64,000 nt of DNA from Vicugna vicugna (GCA_013265495.1 MU058065.1:1524364-1588363); one strand, 5' to 3'. Shown: positions 13,001 through 26,345, numbered from the stretch's first letter. Notes: generated by a model from the letters alone, not told the origin. Made by a program: numbers and translations.

Positions 13001-14650
13001 AAAGGTTTTCAACTAAAGCTGTGACATGAGTGAATTCGTAAACTTAACCTGAAAGATTGCTGTTAGAAAAACCCTTAGGGGATTTCACAGTAACCCAGGC
13101 AACTCTAACTAAGATTGCAATCGATGAAAAGGATAGAAACTGCCCGTAAATTAGAGGTGGGAGAAAAATGAAGATGGATTTTATATTAATCAAATATTCA
13201 GAGTATACATATGTTGCATTTGTTCTGTCTGGGAAAGTTACTTTACCCATCCCCCCACCCTGAAATGTTAGTATCTTTTCCCGAAACGTGAAACGTGTAC
13301 CAGTGATCAGACTCAAGATTGTTTTAGGTGGTTTCCCACGCAACCTTAAATAACACTGAATCATACTGTGAAAAAGGTATTTTCTTTTCAATTCTCTTTC
13401 AATACTTCTGATTAACACTGAGAATAAAAGTCTTGGTTTTGTGTTGATTTCCTTACCACCTGCCTAACATTTGCTCTTTCCCCCCATTTTATGAAGAGAG
13501 AGTAGGTTTGGACTTTGAGAGGAAACAGTATTGAACTAAAATTGAATGGGAACATTTGTTTAATTTTACTTTTATAGTTTAAAAGCACTGTGTTCTATTT
13601 TTGGCAACTGATATTCTATTCTGCGGATGGTCAATTTAAAGTAAAAGTTTATGGGAAAAAAAAGTTACTGATTCCAAGGATTGTGTTAGAGATATAGCAA
13701 GTGACTCAACGATCTGGCAAAAATAAAGATGGTGGTACATGAGTAACTCATGTTTGATCAGCCCTGCTCTAGTAAAGGTCTGTTTGGAATTGCCAGAACT
13801 TTCCATGTTCAAAAGATTTTTTTCTCTCCACTGAATTCACCAATGATTGAAATCATGTCTGTGTCACTGAGAGCTGGCCTGGTGGCTTTCAGAGAACAGG
13901 ATGCTGTTAGATGTGCTCCACGTCGGGGAACAGCAGTGACGGCCTGTTCTCCTTGGAGCATAAAATCACTGTTCTGCCCAGTACAGACTTGTAGTTCTTT
14001 GCGGCGCTGTACCCCGATGTAAGGTAATGAAATTTCTGTCTCATGACAAAAAGGTTTTTTTTCTAAAGAGAACATGAGGTCCTGTTTCTCAATTCACTTC
14101 CAGATTGATTCTAATATATCTAATGACCTCTTTTCTAAAATTAGCTTCACCAAGGGCTTGATTGATTTCAGGCTCTTGATAGATTTAATTTACTGTTCAT
14201 TCTCCGTTGTATTATTGCCAAGCCCGAGTAAAGATGAGCAGAGGTATGATTAGAGAGAAAAAGCAAGGCCAGGACCGCTCCTCTGGGGGCCGATCGTAGA
14301 GCCGCTTTCTCCCTGAGTTGGGAAGCAGGGCCACACGTGGACTGAATTGCTGATGGACAGACCCTAATGGCTCTTTTAATGCAAACAATTGATTCTGGAG
14401 GCAGGAAGCTGCTGGAAAGGCTGCCCTGAAACTCTGCGTCAGCACAGTCTCGGCATTCTTGCTTTTTTCTTAGGAAAAATGCTCTCTGGACTGTTAAGCC
14501 ATGGCTGTGGCTTTATGCTTAAAGCACAAATTTTTGAGTCACATAAATGAATTCAAACATGACTCTGCTGTATATTAACGCTAGGCTGTGTGGCCCTGGG
14601 TAGTTATTGAACCTCTCTGAGCTCCACGTTTCTCAACTTTAAAATAGGGA

Positions 14651-15199
14651 TGCATTCGTGTCCCACGGCAACCATAATCAGTTACCACAAATAGGCCGCT
14701 GACAACAACAGAAGTTTCTCACAGGCCAGAGGTAGTCACCAGTCTCGTCGTCAGCCAGTCCGTTCCTGCTGAAGGTTCTTGGGGCGAATCTCTTCTTGCC
14801 TCTTAAAGTTTCCAGTGGCTCCAGGAATTCCTTGGCTCTGGCTGCAAAACTCCGGTCTCTAATGCATCCTCCCATCTCCTTCTTGCCTTCTTCCTGTGTC
14901 TGTCCCTCCTCTGTCTTTTATAAGGACCATTATCATTGGATTTAGGGCCCACCCAGATAATCCAAGGTGATCTCATCTTAAAATCCTTAATTTAATTACA
15001 TCTGCATAGATCCTTTCCCACATAAGGTTACATTCACTAGTTTCAAGGATTAGGCTGTAGACATATATATATATATTTTTAATGGAGGTACTAGGGAATT
15101 GAACCCAGGACCTTGTGCATGCTACGCATGTGCTCTACCACTGAGCTATTTCCTGCCACCAAGACATGTCTTTTTGAGAGCCACAGTCAACTCACTACA
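14651..15199 (-). mobile_element. MaLR (MLT1-family) solo LTR, interrupted by a SINE
   Basis: ATTGGATTTAGGGCCCACCCAGATAATCCAAG...TTAATTACATCTGCA motifs and TG...CA termini. Confidence 0.8.
15065..15160 (-). mobile_element. tRNA-derived SINE (camelid Vic-1 type) nested in an MLT1 LTR
   Basis: Same SINE head; TSD AGACAT at 15059-15064 and 15162-15167. Confidence 0.88.
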
Positions 15200-16535
15200 A
15201 GAGATCATTATATGCTTACATCACAGATTAAATAAGAAAATGCTGAGCAAATAGGACGTGTTCAAGGAATGTTAGTCATCACCATTTTTATGATTATCAG
15301 CTTCTTGGTGTTACCATTCTCTTGTTTACTTTGGGCAGACTAACGGAATCTAGCAGTGCGCTCTGTTAGGATTAGATCTAAGGGGCAGATATAAGACTAA
15401 AAACTCCAGTTGCCTTTGAACATTTCTAGTGACAAAACCTGGCTTCTGTCCCCAAAGTGGCTTGGAAGTCATGGACCTTATCAGGATAAATGCACATCGT
15501 AGAACTTTAAAGAGACAACATTTCTTGTCATTTCAGCAGACAAGGAAGGTCGTTAGGGATCAAGGATGCTAAAGAAATACGAACAACTCTGTAAAATTTG
15601 GAATGAGGACTACGATTAGTTAAAACGTTTTATTTGAAACTAAAATAGAGAGGATTTCTGTGCTTTGGATGCGCCCTCTTTGAGCAAAAGTTTCACTTGA
15701 TTAAACGTGAAGTCAGCGAAATCAGTAAAGCGTGACTTCGGGATTGTGGTCTTTGACTCTAATTGCGGGGGTCGCACTGCCAGAGGCCCGCCTGCTGGTG
15801 GGAGGGCGGAAGGAGCAGGGGCCCGCCGCCGCCGTCAGGCAGCTCACCCTCTCCTTGGCTCTAACTCCAAGCCGTAAGCTGCTGAAATGCCTTTCCATTC
15901 TTCATTAGAGATGGCATTTGTCACCTTCTGAAATTTTTTCCTGGTCATTCGTAGGTTCTTACTGCCCTTCCCCCTTCCCCAGGCAGGCCACACTGACATA
16001 GTTCGTACAGACCTTCAGTGTGTTCCGAACGGCTAACAACGCTCCAGGCCCTTTCTGGGAGCTATGGGTAATGGGATGCCATCTGCTGGTTTCTTTCCTT
16101 CTGTGGATGTGGTCGTGGACGAGGACGTCTGTCTGCCTGGGCATGTGACCAACTCCTAGAGGCGTGGTCTGGCTGTTGTCACACTGTGTAAGGAAGCACT
16201 AAAACACTTTCCATAGCTCATAGTCTACTCCCAGTTAAAGAGAGCTGAACAGTGGACCAAGTCGCAGCCACTGCGGCCAAAGAAATGAATGGAAGTCATT
16301 CTCTTTCGCGTCTGTCAAAGGGCCCCAAGGAAGAAGCGGGTTTACTTCTGCGTAGACTCACCGAGAAAGCTCTGCACGTGGTTGCTGTTACGGTGCTTCC
16401 TGGTCAGTGCCTGCTTTTCTGAAACCTGATACAATGATACTATGATGACATAATACTGAAGGTGACAGTTTGGTCTTTCTAATAGAGCAATACGGCAAGA
16501 GGATGCGTGTTTGCACTTGGGGGCTCTTCTCACAA

Positions 16536-16554
16536 TGGCCACCAGGGGGCGCTG
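16536..16554 (+). promoter_or_regulatory. CTCF binding motif
   Basis: TGGCCACCAGGGGGCGCTG, an 18/19 match to the canonical consensus TGGCCACCAGGGGGCGCTA, in non-repeat, CpG-retaining sequence. Confidence 0.8.
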
Positions 16555-17344
16555 CTTGTATTAAGAGATTTCAGCATCAGGCGGAGAAGTACATCCTGCA
16601 AAAGTGGGGTGCCGTCAGGCGGGGCATGGCTTTTCGTGTTTGAAACGCTTTTCCTCCCTTTCCTTCCCAGACGTCACTTATTCAGCCTTCACGATGGAAC
16701 CCACATCTAACTCTCCTGGCCAAATCAGCTTCCCGTCTGTCCTTCCATCGTACAGGCACTCTGTTGTGCACTGTTGTGCACCTCTGCCAAGCCCCGCCCA
16801 CAGCTTCCCGGAGCCCCCCAGCACCTGCTCTTGCCTGCTGTAGGCTTGTCGGTAAACGCACATACCCTGAAAGGTCGCCAACACGGCTACTGTTACTTGT
16901 ACTGTTGTCAGCTAACCAACAACTCTGAAGATGATTATTTGAAAATCCTGATAAGATTCCACTAACCATAATAATCTTTGGCTCCCCACTGTTGACCAAA
17001 AACAGCACTAAACTGAGTCAGTAGGTTAAGTCCTTCAATACCGAAATCAACACACCACTTTCTAGTAATTGCTCGGGCACTCTTCCGAAGCACGTTGGTC
17101 CAAAGGAAAGTCTCAGAAGCCATGGCTGGCCCGTGGACTCACCACTCCCACTCCCTTCCCCCTCCCCTACTCTTGGCAAAGTCACCCTCCAGACACGGTG
17201 ACCCTGCTGAAATTCTGTGGGCCTCCTCACAGGATTGGCGCTATTATTTCCACGAGCTGTGGACAGGACGTGCACAAAACAAAACAGTTTAAAAGTGGGT
17301 GGGTTGCTCTAAAAACTTAAGTTTTTTTTTAAATTTTTAAGTGG

Positions 17345-17530
17345 GCTGGGGAAAAGGGAAAGGGGGGTTGCTAGTCAATGGGTATCAAGTTCAAGTCCGT
17401 AAGATGAGTAAGCCCTAGAGAGTTGCTGTACAACATTGTGCCTGTAGATGACAAATGCTGGCTGTACACAGGGTAGGTCTCATGTTAAGTGTTCTTATCA
17501 CAATAAATAAGAAAGAAAAAGAAAAAAGAG
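17345..17530 (+). mobile_element. Old LINE-1 3' end (L1MA/L1MB-like)
   Basis: Typical 3' end ...CTGTACAACATTGTGCCT...GGTAGGTCTCATGTTAAGTGTTCTTATCACAATAAA followed by an A-rich tail. Confidence 0.75.
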
Positions 17531-18184
17531 AGGGGGAAGCAAGTGGCTTGTTTCTTGCCCTGTTAAATCATTTACCTTTTGGTCTTCCACACGCTGAAAG
17601 TACAATTCCATTAATGACTGCAATAAACAGAATATATATTTCCAGATGCCAGGAGTCCCCCAGAGGCCATGATTCTCCCTTTGTGTTTTCAGAATCCAGG
17701 CACACAAACTGTTAGAAACTGCAGCGGTGAGGCTGAAGCCTAAATGTGTAAAGCTAGTACTTGTGGGTGTGTACGTGTGTGTATGATTCGAGTGGTCCCG
17801 GTGCTGTTTTATAAATGATAGGACGTATCTTTTGTGGCTTCAGAAGACTCACTATGAATCTGTACCTTGGGGCTGGCTGTATTTTTGCACAAAAGGGGTA
17901 TGAAGTGAAAAGCCATCTTCTCTTACTCTTCGATAGACTGTAGTTTTCTCATTGAAGGTCACTTGCCAATTTACCAGTGCCTGCTTCAGCGCCTGGTGAC
18001 GTCTAGCGGGGTGCATTCATCTGAGGGAAGCTGTCGCATCCCATGTGATAAAGCTTTCAATCCACCCCTGAGCTTTTCCGAGCCCTTGGATGCAATGAAA
18101 TAAGTTCTCGTGTTTACTGCTGGGGGTCGTCAGGTTGCAAACATCAGGTTGGAGACCCAGGAGAAGTCGCTTCTGTGGGCTTTG

Positions 18185-18690
18185 GTTTCTTATCTGGATT
18201 TACGATTCCATGTAAATTTTAGGATTATTTGTTCTAGTTTTGTGAAAACTGTCCTGAGTAATTTGATAGCGATTGTATTAAATCTGTTGATTGCTTTGGG
18301 TAGTATGGCCATTTTAACAGTGTTAATTCTTCCAATCCAAGAGCATGGGCTAGCTCTCCATTTCTTTAAGTCATGTTTAATTTCCATAATCAATGCTTTA
18401 TAGTTTCCCGTGTATAAGTTTTTCACCTCCTTGGTCAGGTTTATCCTAAGGTTTTTTTTTGTGTGATGCAATTTTTTTTTTCACTTTCCTTTTCCACTAT
18501 ACCATTGTTAGTACAAAGGAATGGATGGATTTCTGTATGTGAATCTTGTATCCTGCTCCCTTGTGGGGTTCGTTCATCAGCGCTAGTAGTTTTTGTGTGA
18601 AGTCTTTAGGGTTGTCGATGTATAGTATTATGTCATCTGCACATAGTGACAATTTTACTCTTCTTCCAATTTGGATCCCTTTTGTCTTAT
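18185..18690 (-). mobile_element. LINE-1 ORF2 internal fragment
   Basis: Translations [11 protein letters not shown]...[24 protein letters not shown] and [12 protein letters not shown] (RT YADD region). Confidence 0.92.
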
Positions 18691-19784
18691 CTGAATTCAT
18701 GGAAAGACAATGCTCATTTTAATCTAAGGGATCCACCAAACCCACCATTATGGTGTTTATGGATAAGCTTTGCTTAAGAGGAAATCATCTTTTATTTGAG
18801 GTCTACACCAGGATGTAAGCCCTGGGGCTGGGGGGGCGGTGGTGAGCGCTCTGTCTCCGTGTTCACAGCTCTAACCCCGGGCCTGGGACGTTGCCTGGCT
18901 CAAGCTCGCCTTCAGGAAATAGTCATTAAATGGAGAGAATGTCTTCCTTCCCTTTCCTTCCTTCCTTCTTTTCATGCTTCTTAGGAAGGAAAGGTGGGAG
19001 GGAGGAAAGAAAGTTGACCTCTTAACACCTCATGAAGCTGAACCCTTCCACTGGGGTAACAGTGCTCAAGCAAGCTTGAAAATTTACACGTGAAATTTCA
19101 TACTGTGAGTGGTATTTCAAGGCCAACATTTGTCAGAGAAGAAAGTCCATTAAGTCACCATCTTTCCATCTAAAGATCCCGTGGCAGGGCTGACTGTGAC
19201 CCTCTGGTGAATATTCAGTGGAGTGTGTGCCGGCGGATCACCCTGGGTTAAGAGTGAATGGGAGGAGGAGAAGGAAGGAAATAGGGTCTTAGGATGATTC
19301 TTGCCAGTGGCTTGCCTGTGGGGGAGGGCGAGAGAGTGCAGTAGCCATAGAACGTTCCGGGCTGAGAGAGGTTGTATTTTTGTTTGATACCTGGGAGAAG
19401 CTTCTTTGCTGCTGAGGGGAAGGAGCTGGTAGAGGGGAGGGGAAGGTTGGATGGAGCAAAATTCGGGAAGAGATGAGCACACAGAGATGGTCCTCCCTGC
19501 TTCTCACCCAGGGGAGAACGTAGGGTGACTGTGAGTAAATATTTAAAAAGAGCAACAATAATGCAAATAGTGCCAAGGTGCTGAGCCAAGAAAAAACCAG
19601 TTGCTTCTGAATGGTTTTGGTAAGTCTGTTTGCTACTTGTTCATTCCTTTCCATTCATCTGCTCATGCTGACTCACAGACAAGCAGTAATAGAAGCCAAA
19701 TTTTAAGAAAATACGAAAACCTTATAACTGGTGAAACTCTCACTGGAAGTTGGAAATCGATTGCCCATTTTTCAATCCTTATCT

Positions 19785-19895
19785 TTTCACTGACGTGCAG
19801 TCGATTTACAATGTTAGTTTCTGGTGTACAGCAAAGCGATTCAATTAAACATATACATACATATGTGTATTTTTTTTCGGATTCTTTTCCTTTCC
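19785..19895 (-). mobile_element. Short LINE-1 3'UTR fragment
   Basis: GATTTACAATGTTAGTTTCTGGTGTACAGCAAAG, shared with the copies at 26.5 kb and 49.9 kb. Confidence 0.75.
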
Positions 19896-20169
19896 CTTTC
19901 CTAATGAAATGTGTCTCCCTCCTGTTCCTTTTTGCTCTTGAATAGTAAACAGGATGACAATACTTTGCCTAAAGGATAAATATGAACATCCTCTGTTCTG
20001 TCTTGCACTCTTTTCTTCTAAAATGCTGGGAGCCCAGCGACTTCTAGACCTGCTGGAAGGGGTTTTCTGTTTTGCCGTGACTGCAGAGGCCACCCAGCAG
20101 GGAGAGGGCATGACTGCCCCACTGGGTGTGTAGCTGTCAGCCCTGGAAGTCCCTGAGCTGAGCTCATGA

Positions 20170-20380
20170 CCAGTGCTTCCCTCTTTATTGGATTTGACTC
20201 TGTCCCGGGCATGGTGCTGAGTGCTTCATTTGGATCACCTCATTCACTCCTTCTCATCCTATCAGGTAGAGATATACTGTCATCACCCCCATTTCACTGA
20301 AATGGAAACAAAGCTCAAAAAGTCATCTGCTCAGGGTCACAAATCCAGAGAGTGACAAACTCAGGCCTGTGGGACAGTAA
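20170..20380 (-). mobile_element. MIR SINE
   Basis: CCCCCATTTCACTGAAATGGAAACAAAGCTCA...CAGGGTCACA. Confidence 0.6.
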
Positions 20381-20799
20381 AATGGTTGTACCTCCAAAGA
20401 AAAACCAACCAAGTCTTGCTGTTACCATCCCATCAGCCAGCTCCTGCTCCATCAGTCACTGTGGGGTACACATCAGGGCTCATGGGGGTGACCAGTCTGG
20501 CTGCTGGGTTGGATGGGGGCGAGGAGTCAGTGGGAGAAAATCCTGCTGGCTTCTGACTTGGCTATGACTTCATCACCAAGGAAAGAAAATGGGTTTAGTT
20601 GGACCTCCATCCACTACTTGATTTCTAAGTTTTTCCTCTTCCCCCTGCCTCTTCAGAGTGCTTCTGCCTTGTTTCCAACATTGCTTGTGATTCACTGCAA
20701 CCTTTTAAAAAAATATTAGTAGGGAGAATGTGGTAGATGCCAGCAACAGCTCTTCCATCTTCTTCTTCACCCCAAAGCCCAGATACCTGTCATTGGTCT

Positions 20800-21265
20800 T
20801 TGTGTGTGTGATTGTTTATTATTTTTAAAAAAATGGAAAACTGAAAGTGCAGTTTTCATTCAATAAATATCACTTGATCCTTAAGCAGTTTTGGTGCAGA
20901 AGGTGAAGTCCATAATTTTAAAATGATGATAGAAATTCATCAACCAAGTAATCTGTTTTCACACAGTTTCAGTAACTGCAGCAATTTCCTTGAACTAAGA
21001 GAAATTCTGAAACTGTGGAATTGCCATTTTAAAGGACTTTCTCTTTACTTGTCCTGAATCATCTGCCACTTTGAGCATCAGTGCAACATAAGGATACTTA
21101 AGTGACCTGCAGCTGTCCCAGCTCACAGCCATACCCAGCTTCCAGTGAAAGTCTGTAAGCTGGTTGGTGGCCTTGGCTTTATCATCCAGCAGCGGCTCAC
21201 TGGAACCCTCTCTAGTGGGGTCCAGGGCTCCCACCACCCACTCAGGTGGATGCTTCCCGGGCCAC
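20800..21265 (-). pseudogene. COMMD6: Processed pseudogene (retrocopy) of COMMD6, antisense to DOCK10
   Basis: Intronless translation EGSSEPLLDDKAKATNQLTDFHWKLGMAVSWDSCRSLKYPYVALMLKVADDSGQVKRKSFKMAIPQFQNFS*FKEIAAVTETV* matches COMMD6 (CDS remnant 20959-21213). The ATG is lost and there is a premature TAG at 20995-20997. A 3'UTR with AATAAA (20815-20820) and a decayed A-rich tail follow. Confidence 0.93.
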
Positions 21266-24200
21266 CCAGTCTGCTTTCTGGATCTGTAGTTAGAGCTTTT
21301 AGACCCTAGACCTAGAAGGAACCTGAGATCGTCTGTTCTAACTCTCCAACTTATGGGCCAGAAAACTTAGATCCAGAGAGAGAAGTGACAAGACTTGTCC
21401 CAATTAGGGTCAGAGCCCAGACTCCATCCACTGCTTTTCCCACCACATCCTGCTGGCAAGCAGGTGACACAGATCCTCCTGCAGGACTGCGGTAGCTTCG
21501 TTTGTCCGCAGCAGAAACTGGAGATAATAGCAACGCAGACTTGAAGCATCCACAGCCTGCAGTTTAGTGTTTAAAGAGAAGCTGAACATTATCTTATCAA
21601 GTTAATCTTTTGCACACAGCCCTGCCCCGCCCACTCCTGCTGGGTTTAAACCTTGCTTGGTCCTCTCTTCCTTTCACCACCGTGAGCTTGGGTGCTTTGT
21701 ACCAAGGCTAAAATGATAGGTTCGGCTGCTCCCCTCCGGGAGGTGCTGGCGAAGAATGTAGAGTTGAGATTTGCTCAGTGCGGTAAGGTTTGCTCACCAT
21801 CCTTTTCAGCTTTCGAATTGATTCGGAAAGCACATTTGTAAATGGCTTAAAAGCCTGCCATTTTCATGTTTGGAAAGCAATTCATGATTATTGTCAAGGA
21901 GATTTAACTTGGAACGGTTAGAACGTGGGTGGCGAATTCCTGCCACAATTCAAAAGGGGGAGAAAAGGAACGCAGAAAGTAAGACAGAACAAATACTGAA
22001 AGCACAGCTAATAGCTCAGTGGAGAATATTTTTTACGGAGCTGACTTTTGAAAATCACACGATGGACCCCATTTAATCATAAACTTTGAAACATGAAAAG
22101 CAGTCCCAGGAAGAAATTTACCTAGGATGTCTCACTAGCTTCTCTTCCTTTTGAAACTCTGGCCCCTGGGCCATAATTGGACTTTCCCCGGTGCATCAGT
22201 GTCACTGCTGGGCCCTCTCATCACTGTCCTGGGCTGCGACGCTGTACGATTTAAGACCTTCATGACGTTTATGGTCGCCAGCGTGGACTAGCCCCAGATA
22301 CTGTGGATACTGATGCCCCTTATTTTTGTTAGACTGTGTCTCGCCGTTCCTTCGGAGGTGGAGGGAGCCTCATACCTGTAAGTCAGTCTGACCCAGGCAT
22401 GAACCCTGGGCTCCATGGCTGGTGGAAAGGAGCCAGTGACTCTTTCTGCCTCACCTCACTCTCGACCTTGCCAGTTCATTCCGGTCCCAAGGCGCTCTCT
22501 CTTTCATTGGGGTGCTGGGTACCTGGGACTGTACACATTCCTGCTTTGCGCTTTGACTTGCAGGACTGTAACTTACACTCTTTGGCATGTCCTCAGAACG
22601 ATAATGGTAATAATCATAACAGTTTTATTAATAAGACAGTGAAAGAATGATGAACTGTACCATTTATGCCAATGCTTTTTACATCGCGTGGCTTTTGTTA
22701 TGATAACTCTGCAAAGTTATCTTAGTTCCGTTGTGCAATTGAGGGAAATAAGGTTTGGAGAACTCAAACTCTGAATCCCGTCCTAGGTGCCAGGCTAGAA
22801 TCCTGAACCCTCATCCCTGCCCCAGGGACACAGTCCGCAACCCATTCTGGCGGCGTGAGAGTCTCAGCAGGCTGGCTGAGCTGCTGGGACCACCACGACC
22901 CTTTGAAGAGGGGAGGGGACTCTGAGCAGGGTCAGTCTTCTGGTTCCAAGCGGCTGTTGTCTCTTCCCACCGGCCCCGGGGCCAGTCAGAATTACACTGC
23001 TTCTGGCTGAAGGCCCCTGCCAGTTTAGTTTTCAGCAAGTTCTTTAGAATCTTGCGGAAAGGGGCTATGGATAATGAAGGTACGAAGCCCCCTTGTGTAG
23101 GTCGCTCCCATAAGCTTCACAGATGAATGAATCGGGTGCTGCCTCCGTCTGGCCCAGCAGAAAGTTGCTTCTGTGGCTTCCCAGGACTTGGCTGTGATCA
23201 GAATAGTTGAGGTTGCAAAATGAGTGCCCTTTGGGTACGTGAGGTCTTATTATATTATTTCAGATGTGTTTACTCATGGAAAAGGACCGGGGCGGGGCTA
23301 TGGGGCTTGTCCCACATTACCATGGGAGCTAACTTCAAAGCACGGAGGACGCATGCCAGCACGCCCATCCCTCCGTCACTCAGGGAACATTGTGTGACCC
23401 TCCGGCAGGAGGAGTCAGAAGATTTTTTTTAACGATACCACTTGTAAAGGGGACAGGGAGAAAGCAAGCCATGTCTGAAAGCCCTTAGATCTTCTCTCTT
23501 CCAGGTACAACTAGCTCACTTGTATTGAATGCGTACCATGTGTCTGACCTGGTGCCAGGCACCGCCGTGGCTGTTGGATCCTCATGAGCATTCATTCACG
23601 TAACAGATGAAGAAACCGAGTCTTGAACATTTTGCTTCAAGTCACAAAGGTGGCAAGCATTTCCACAGGGACAAACAAGCTTGTCAACCTGCTTCCTGAG
23701 CCTTGGCCCATCCGCTACACTCACTATACTGCCTTCTGCCAAGAGTAAGACTTATTCTGACCTGAGAACGGTCCAGTCGGACATAGAAGCCTGACCGGTG
23801 TAAGGTATGATATTAATGGAACATTGACGTTATCCACAGGCTCTGCAGGAAGCTGCCGATGAGGATGTCGCCCTAGACGGCAGTGAAGGGTAGTTTTCTG
23901 ATGCCTCTGAATGTGCCAGCCAAAGAGTAATCTGCTTTGAGGCTGCACCGCTGCCAAAGGGACGGACATGAAGATAGAGAAGGGCTTGGCAACAGCACCT
24001 GGAGTTTTTAAAGAACAGTGTGCCTGTTTCCGAAAGGATTAATTGTGCAATTCAGTCCATGGCAGCAAGTGGGAAAGATGCTTGTAAAGAGGCGGCCACT
24101 CTAATTAAGCGAAAATGAAGAGAGAGACGCTGAAAGGAGGGACCTCTACAGATCACAGATGGGGGATAAAAGAGGTCATGGGTTGCTATCAAAATAGACT

Positions 24201-25439
24201 GAAGTCCCGAGCTCTGGAGTAAAAGTAGCACCAGGAGAGGCAAAGATGCAAGTTGATAAAGAGCAGCAGGGCCTCAGGGAGAAACGCTCGGCCGGGTTGT
24301 GTTTTCCACTTTTTAGCTTAAGAAGCACTGATCAGCTCCCTCCTATCCATTTAATTGAGTTTATAGACCTGAGGGGACTTACCCATCTGGAAACAGACAA
24401 GTGAAAAGATTGCCACGAATCCTTGGCCTGGAAAACGGCCGAGTCCGTGACCTGGTTTCATGCAGCCTGGGGTTCAGTCCCCCGTTGCCTTTCATCTACG
24501 AGGGTTCTCCTCCAGGATCACTTTCACTGGGGAACAATTGCTGAGCCTCTGGAGAGGTTACAAAGAAGCCCAGCAGGATTCAGACAGGAGGAGGGGGGGA
24601 GGCGGGGAGAAGAGGAGTCTATTTGTATTACGAATTGATTGATTGATTCCACAAATCACTGAGTTCCCATGTAGAGACTGCTGTAGCTTAAGTAAGTAGA
24701 GGGAGGGTCCTGCCCTCTGCCTGGGTCTCCGGGTTCTTTCCGTCCCGTGTCTCTGCACGGGATGGCGCTGGGAGGCACTTCCACTCCCACCAGCCTCGCA
24801 GTCCCCGCCAAATTCTCACACTGGTCCGGAGAAGCGGGTGGCTCGTTCCTCGTGCAGCAGCGATGTGTTTAGACTGTCAGCTTCCAACAGATTTGAGAGC
24901 AAGTGGCGGGGGCTTCCACTTGGAGCCATGTCCAGGCTGCAAGAGTGTCCTAGGGTGACTGCCTCATTCCTGTTGAACCCAAAGTAGCCTCTTTTCTGGG
25001 GGCATTTCGGTGTTAACCAGCACCCTTGTCCTGTAAGGACAGATGCTGGGCCAAGGAGTTACGAAGGAAGCCAGTCATGATTCCACACTCCAACCATATG
25101 TTTTAGATCCAAGGTAGATAGGAGAGTCCCTTCTGCCAATGAACACTTCACACAGTAAACACATTTTTTAAAAATTCTCTTATCGAATTCATTGTTTTCA
25201 GCTGTTTTAAATTCCCATCAAAATGCAGTTTCAATCGTCACCTAAAACAAAGTGCTAACACTGCTAGCTGCCTTCCATGACTGTGATCCAAGGAAACATC
25301 TCAGATTTTCGTGTGATGGGCAGACAAGCTCTCAAAGGGGATGTTGTAAGGTTGCCTCACTACACTCTGCCATGTGCCAAATATTTTTCTGGTATAAATC
25401 CACCTTTGGAAGATACAGGGTTTGCTTGGCACACGTTTG

Positions 25440-25710
25440 GCTTTCAGAGTTGGTTTTTAAAAGCTCAGATCCTGTAGCCAGAGTGGCTAAATTCAAATTC
25501 TGGTGCTGCCACTTACTGCCTGTGAGTCTAGGAGCGACTCACCTAACTTCTTGGTGCCTCAGTTTCTTCTGCTGTAAAATGGGCATGATCAGAGCACGAC
25601 CTCATAGATGGAGATGCACACAAATGATAAATATTGAGTAGAACTGTGCCCGGCCCAGAGTAAGCACCAGGAAAGGGCTTGCTTTATTATAAGTACCATT
25701 ATTGTTTTTA
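25440..25710 (+). mobile_element. MIR SINE
   Basis: Core TGCCACTTACT...GTGCCTCAGTTTCTTCTGCTGTAAAATGGG. Confidence 0.75.
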
Positions 25711-25815
25711 TTACTGTTCACTAAGCGTTGACTACATGGCGGGCATGAATCAAGTCTGCACAACGTCAGCTCTTATAGACAGGGGAAGACGTCACTTAAA
25801 AATGAAGTCCAGGGT

Positions 25816-25927
25816 GGGGCAGGGGTACAGTTCAGTGGCAGGGTGCATGCTTAGCATGTGCTAGGTCCTAGGTTCAAATCCCAGTACCTCCATTAAAAAT
25901 TTTTTTTAATTAAATTTGTTTTAAAAA
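25816..25927 (+). mobile_element. tRNA-derived SINE (camelid Vic-1 type)
   Basis: GGGGTACAGTTCAGTGGCAGGGTGCATGCTTAGCATG...GGTTCAAATCCCAGTACCTCC plus an AT-rich tail. Confidence 0.85.
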
Positions 25928-26129
25928 GCCCATCTAAATGTAACTTCAGCTTGTGTGTTAAGAAAGAAACCCCCAGGGTGCAGTAGTAAGGACTGAGGTT
26001 CGGGGCTGTGAGGCAGGCGAGGCCTGTCCAGGGGGCTTCTCTGGGGCAGTACCATGTCTGTGCTGAGCCCCGAGGCTGAAGGGAGGAGACCAAGTTTCCG
26101 CCCTTACCTTCAGCAGAGGCTTGCTCATC

Positions 26130-26345
26130 GAATGATTATTATTATGGGCCCGGCTCTCTGTTGGTCTTTTCAGGTACTCTCCTCCCACCGATATCCTGTC
26201 AGGTGTAAAGGATTATCTGCATGTTACAGCCGATTCTATGGAGGCTCAGAGAGGTGAAACGCTTGCTCAGGATCACACAGCTGATCGGCAGCAGAGCCTC
26301 GATTGAGCAGGCGTCTGTCTGACTCTGCGGCTCACTGTGAGCCTT
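26130..26345 (-). mobile_element. MIR SINE
   Basis: GAGGCTCAGAGAGGTGAAACGCTTGCTCAGGATCACACAGCT. Confidence 0.7.
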
